From an uncultured delta proteobacterium (lineage in GTDB: Bacteria > Myxococcota_A > Polyangia > DRWM01 > JAAZOP01), in NCBI GenBank assembly GCA_947085355.1, contig CAMTWF010000096.1:1-49072 (forward strand): a DNA stretch of 49,072 bases, in the 5' to 3' direction. The stretch's first letter is position 1, and each line of letters opens with the position of its first letter. Below the pieces are notes generated by a model. The model was not told the DNA's origin. It worked only from the letters and a program-made list of their open reading frames with translations, and did no database searches. The translations under genes and the position numbers were made by a program. Shown here piece by piece: positions 46,048-49,072 of this stretch.

Positions 46048-47811
46048 ATGGCACTCGATCCGACGAAGCATCCGGACTGGGAAATCGCAGAGGACTCGGA
46101 GAAGCGCATGAAGACGTGCCACCAGCTTGGCGAGGAGCTGGGGCTCGAACGCGACGAGCTGCTGCCGCAGGGCCACTACATCGCGAAGGTCGACTACGCC
46201 CGCGTGCTGTCGCGCCTCGGCAAGAAGCCCGATGCGAAGTACATCGACGTGACGGCGATCACGCCGACGCCGCTGGGCGAGGGGAAGAGCACTTCCTCGG
46301 TCGGGCTGATGCAGGGTCTCGGCAAGCGCGGCAAGCGCGTGGTCGGGGCGCTGCGGCAGCCCTCGGGCGGTCCGACGATGAACGTCAAGGGCAGCGCCGC
46401 GGGCGGCGGCCTCGCCCAGGTCATCCCGCTGACCCAGTTCAGCCTCGGCCTCACGGGCGACATCAACGCCATCATGAACGCGCACAACCTGGCGATGGTG
46501 GCGGTCACGGCGCGCCTGCAGCACGAGTTCAACCTCTCCGACAAGTTCCTCGCCTCGCGCGGCCTCAAACGGCTCGACATCGACCCGAGGGCCATGGAGA
46601 TGGGCTGGGTCATGGACTTCTGCGCGCAGGCGCTCCGGAACGTCACCATCGGCCTCGGCGGCGACATGGACGGCTTCATGATGAGGTCGTGGTTCCAGAT
46701 CGCCGTGTCGTCCGAGGTGATGGCGATCCTGGCGATCGCGAAGGACCTGAAGGACATGCGGCAGCGGATGGGCCGCATCATCGTCGCCCGCAACAAGAAG
46801 GGCGACCCCGTCACCACCGAGGACCTCGGCTGCGCCGGCGCCATGACCGCCTGGATGGTCGAGGCGCTCAACCCCAACCTGATGCAGACCATCGAGGGCC
46901 AGCCGTGCTTCATCCACGCCGGCCCGTTCGCCAACATCGCGATCGGCCAGTCGTCGATCATCTCCGACCGCATCGCGCTCAAGCTCGGCGACTACCACGT
47001 CACCGAGAGCGGCTTCGGGGCGGACATCGGCTTCGAGAAGTTCTGGAACCTCAAGTGCCGCTTCGGCGATCTCAAGCCGCACTGCGCCGTCGTCGTTGCG
47101 ACGATCAGGGCGCTCAAGGCCCACGGCGGCGGACCGCCCGTCCCGCCCGGCAAGCCGATGGATCCGGAGTACGCCCGCGAGCACGTCGACTGGGTCGAGA
47201 AGGGCGCCGTCAACCTGGTGCACCACATCCAGACCGTGCGGAAGGCCGGCATCAACCCGGTCGTGTGCATCAACTCGTTCCACACCGACACGAAGGCCGA
47301 GATCGCCGCCGTCAAGAAGCTGGCGGAAGCGGCCGGCGCGCGCGTCGCCGTCAGCGAACACTGGCTCAAGGGCGGCGACGGGGCGCTCGAATTCGCCGAC
47401 GCCGTCGTCGATGCCTGCAACGACAAGTCCGCGTTCAAGCTCCTGTACGAGCTCGACATGCCGCTGTCCAAGCGCATCGAGACGATCGTCCGCGAGGTCT
47501 ACGGCGGCGCAGGCGTGAGCTACACCGCCGACGCCGAGGCGAAGCTCAAGAGGCTCGAGGCCGATCCCAAGACCAAGACGCTCGGGACCTGCATGGTCAA
47601 GACGCACCTCAGCCTCAGCCACGACCCGACCGTCAAAGGCGCCCCGAAGGGGTGGACGCTTCCCGTCCGCGACATCCTCACCTACGAGGGCGCCGGGTTC
47701 GTCGTACCGGTGGCCGGCGCGATCAGCCTGATGCCCGGTACGAGCGCCTCGCCGGCATTCATGAAGGTGGACGTCGACGTCGAGACCGGCAGGGTCAGGG
47801 GGCTCTTCTGA
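46048..47811 (+). CDS. fhs: Formate--tetrahydrofolate ligase
   Basis: [63 protein letters not shown]. Confidence 0.97.
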   Translation: MALDPTKHPDWEIAEDSEKRMKTCHQLGEELGLERDELLPQGHYIAKVDYARVLSRLGKKPDAKYIDVTAITPTPLGEGKSTSSVGLMQGLGKRGKRVVGALRQPSGGPTMNVKGSAAGGGLAQVIPLTQFSLGLTGDINAIMNAHNLAMVAVTARLQHEFNLSDKFLASRGLKRLDIDPRAMEMGWVMDFCAQALRNVTIGLGGDMDGFMMRSWFQIAVSSEVMAILAIAKDLKDMRQRMGRIIVARNKKGDPVTTEDLGCAGAMTAWMVEALNPNLMQTIEGQPCFIHAGPFANIAIGQSSIISDRIALKLGDYHVTESGFGADIGFEKFWNLKCRFGDLKPHCAVVVATIRALKAHGGGPPVPPGKPMDPEYAREHVDWVEKGAVNLVHHIQTVRKAGINPVVCINSFHTDTKAEIAAVKKLAEAAGARVAVSEHWLKGGDGALEFADAVVDACNDKSAFKLLYELDMPLSKRIETIVREVYGGAGVSYTADAEAKLKRLEADPKTKTLGTCMVKTHLSLSHDPTVKGAPKGWTLPVRDILTYEGAGFVVPVAGAISLMPGTSASPAFMKVDVDVETGRVRGLF

Positions 47812-48701
47812 TGGCGGCGCGCATCATCGACGGGAAGGTCATCGCCGAGGAGATCCGCAAGGAGATCGCCGCGGAGACGGCGGAGCTGAAGGCGAAGCAC
47901 GGAATCACCCCGGGCCTCGTCACGATCCTCGTCGGGGAAAACCCGGCGTCGGTCAGCTACGTCACGGCCAAGAACAAGACCGCCAAGGAGCTGGGATTCC
48001 ATTCGATCCAGGACAACCAGCCGGCCGATCTGTCCGAGCAGGCCCTGCTGGGCCTCCTGGCGAAGTACAACGAGGACCCGTCGATCCACGGGATCCTCGT
48101 GCAGTTGCCGCTCCCCAAGCACGTCAACGAGGAGAAGATCCTCTACGCGATCCGGCCCGACAAGGACGTGGATGCGTTCCATCCCGTCAACGTCGGCAAG
48201 CTGGTGAGCGGCAGCCCCGACTTCCTCCCTTGCACCCCGGCCGGCATCCAGCAGCTACTCGTCCGTTCCGGCACGAAGCTCGACGGCGCCGAAGTCGTCG
48301 TCGTCGGCAGGTCCAACATCGTCGGCAAGCCGATCGCGAACATCCTGCTGCAAAAGGCGAAGGGGGCCAACGCCACGGTGACGATCTGCCACACCGCGAC
48401 GCGCGACATGGCCGCGCACACCCGCCGCGCCGACGTCCTCGTGGTCGCCGCGGGCAAGCCCAAGGCGGTGACGGCCGACATGGTCAAGGACGGCGCCGTC
48501 GTCATCGATGTCGGCGTCAACCGCATCGGCATGACCGACAAGGGCAAGGCGATCCTCTGCGGCGACGTGGACTTCGACGCCGTCAAGGAGAAGGCCTCCG
48601 CGATCACCCCGGTCCCCGGCGGCGTCGGCCCGATGACGATCACGATGCTGATGCTCAACACGTTGAAGGCCGCGAAGCTGCGCGCGAGGCGTCCGGCGTA
48701 G
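47811..48701 (+). CDS. folD: Bifunctional methylene-THF dehydrogenase/cyclohydrolase
   Basis: IIDGK, YVTAK, GILVQLPLP, KDVD, PCTPAG, GRSNIVGKP, TPVPGGVGPMT; ATG overlaps the fhs TGA. Confidence 0.97.
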   Translation: MAARIIDGKVIAEEIRKEIAAETAELKAKHGITPGLVTILVGENPASVSYVTAKNKTAKELGFHSIQDNQPADLSEQALLGLLAKYNEDPSIHGILVQLPLPKHVNEEKILYAIRPDKDVDAFHPVNVGKLVSGSPDFLPCTPAGIQQLLVRSGTKLDGAEVVVVGRSNIVGKPIANILLQKAKGANATVTICHTATRDMAAHTRRADVLVVAAGKPKAVTADMVKDGAVVIDVGVNRIGMTDKGKAILCGDVDFDAVKEKASAITPVPGGVGPMTITMLMLNTLKAAKLRARRPA

Positions 48702-48737
48702 CGAGCCGCCGCCGGCGGCTGGGGGCTCGATTGACCG

Positions 48738-49072
48738 GTGTCCTCTTCGCGAACCGTCCGCTTTCTCCCCTCCGGCGTCGTCGTCGAGGCGGCCGACGGC
48801 GATAACCTGCTCGAAACGGCGCTGGGGGCGCACGCGCACGTCGACGCCGTGTGCGGCGGGGCGGGGGTGTGCGGCCGTTGCGTGGTCTTCGTGCGGGAGG
48901 GCGAGGTCGAGTGCGAGGATGCGGCGGTCCGGCCGGACTCGCCGGACCCGCAGGCGCGCCTTGCGTGCCGGTGCGCCGTTCGCGGCGACGTCGTGGTGGA
49001 ACTGCCTTCGCGGGCCGCGCCGGACGCCGCCGGGCCTCGACCGGCGCGCCCGCCGTCCGCGCGCCTCCGCCG
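48738..49072 (+). CDS. Partial CDS with N-terminal 2Fe-2S ferredoxin domain; probably an ASKHA/RACo-type corrinoid activation protein
   Basis: Not in the ORF track (runs off the window). Manual translation from GTG 48738: TVRFLPSG..NLLETA..VCGGAGVCGRC..RLACRCAVRGDVVVELP. RACo identity is inferred from the motif style and the fhs-folD context. Confidence 0.7.
   Translation, partial: MSSSRTVRFLPSGVVVEAADGDNLLETALGAHAHVDAVCGGAGVCGRCVVFVREGEVECEDAAVRPDSPDPQARLACRCAVRGDVVVELPSRAAPDAAGPRPARPPSARLR

Noticed and set aside
45811-47622. N-terminal extension of the 1383-aa minus-strand ORF
   Set aside because: Antisense shadow of fhs; the peptidase begins at ATG 45810 with RBS and signal peptide.
1-49072. 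tRNA, rRNA, integrase or transposase genes
   Set aside because: None recognised by eye; tRNAscan-SE, Infernal and ISEScan would be needed to exclude them formally.

Overview
High-GC bacterial window. It looks like Myxococcota/Polyangia (PEGA/TPR proteins, eukaryote-like Ser/Thr kinases, Cys-rich lipoproteins, a MYXO-CTERM peptidase), yet it carries anaerobe-type genes (fhs-folD and a probable corrinoid-activation protein). In order: a sulfur-assimilation block (sulfite reductase-TusA fusion broken by one in-frame TAG, cysK-like, cysH); a kinase-PEGA-Cys-rich lipoprotein operon; a FecR lipoprotein; a sigma54-promoter GcvH-like gene facing an HK/RR/archaemetzincin operon; housekeeping genes (yggS, maf, panC, lysC, holA, rpsT, EF-G paralogue) and two more sigma54 activators; then an accessory region at about 34.3-40.3 kb. 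The strongest signal is in that region: two DUF1566/Lcl (C-type lectin fold) genes share a colinear, indel-free 568-bp 3' module (offset 3525 bp). Its differences cluster at codon positions 1-2 just upstream of an invariant tail, the pattern expected of diversity-generating retroelement (DGR) variable regions. I see no reverse transcriptase or template repeat in the window, so these would be remote (trans) targets. The region also has a frameshifted MNT-HEPN pair, an uncharacterised helical protein followed by an A-A-A-B-A-B array of 85-107 bp repeats, and a nested 294-bp palindromic element. All family calls come from motif recognition by eye, with no database search. Many starts were moved downstream of the supplied ORF starts using RBS and family N-termini.
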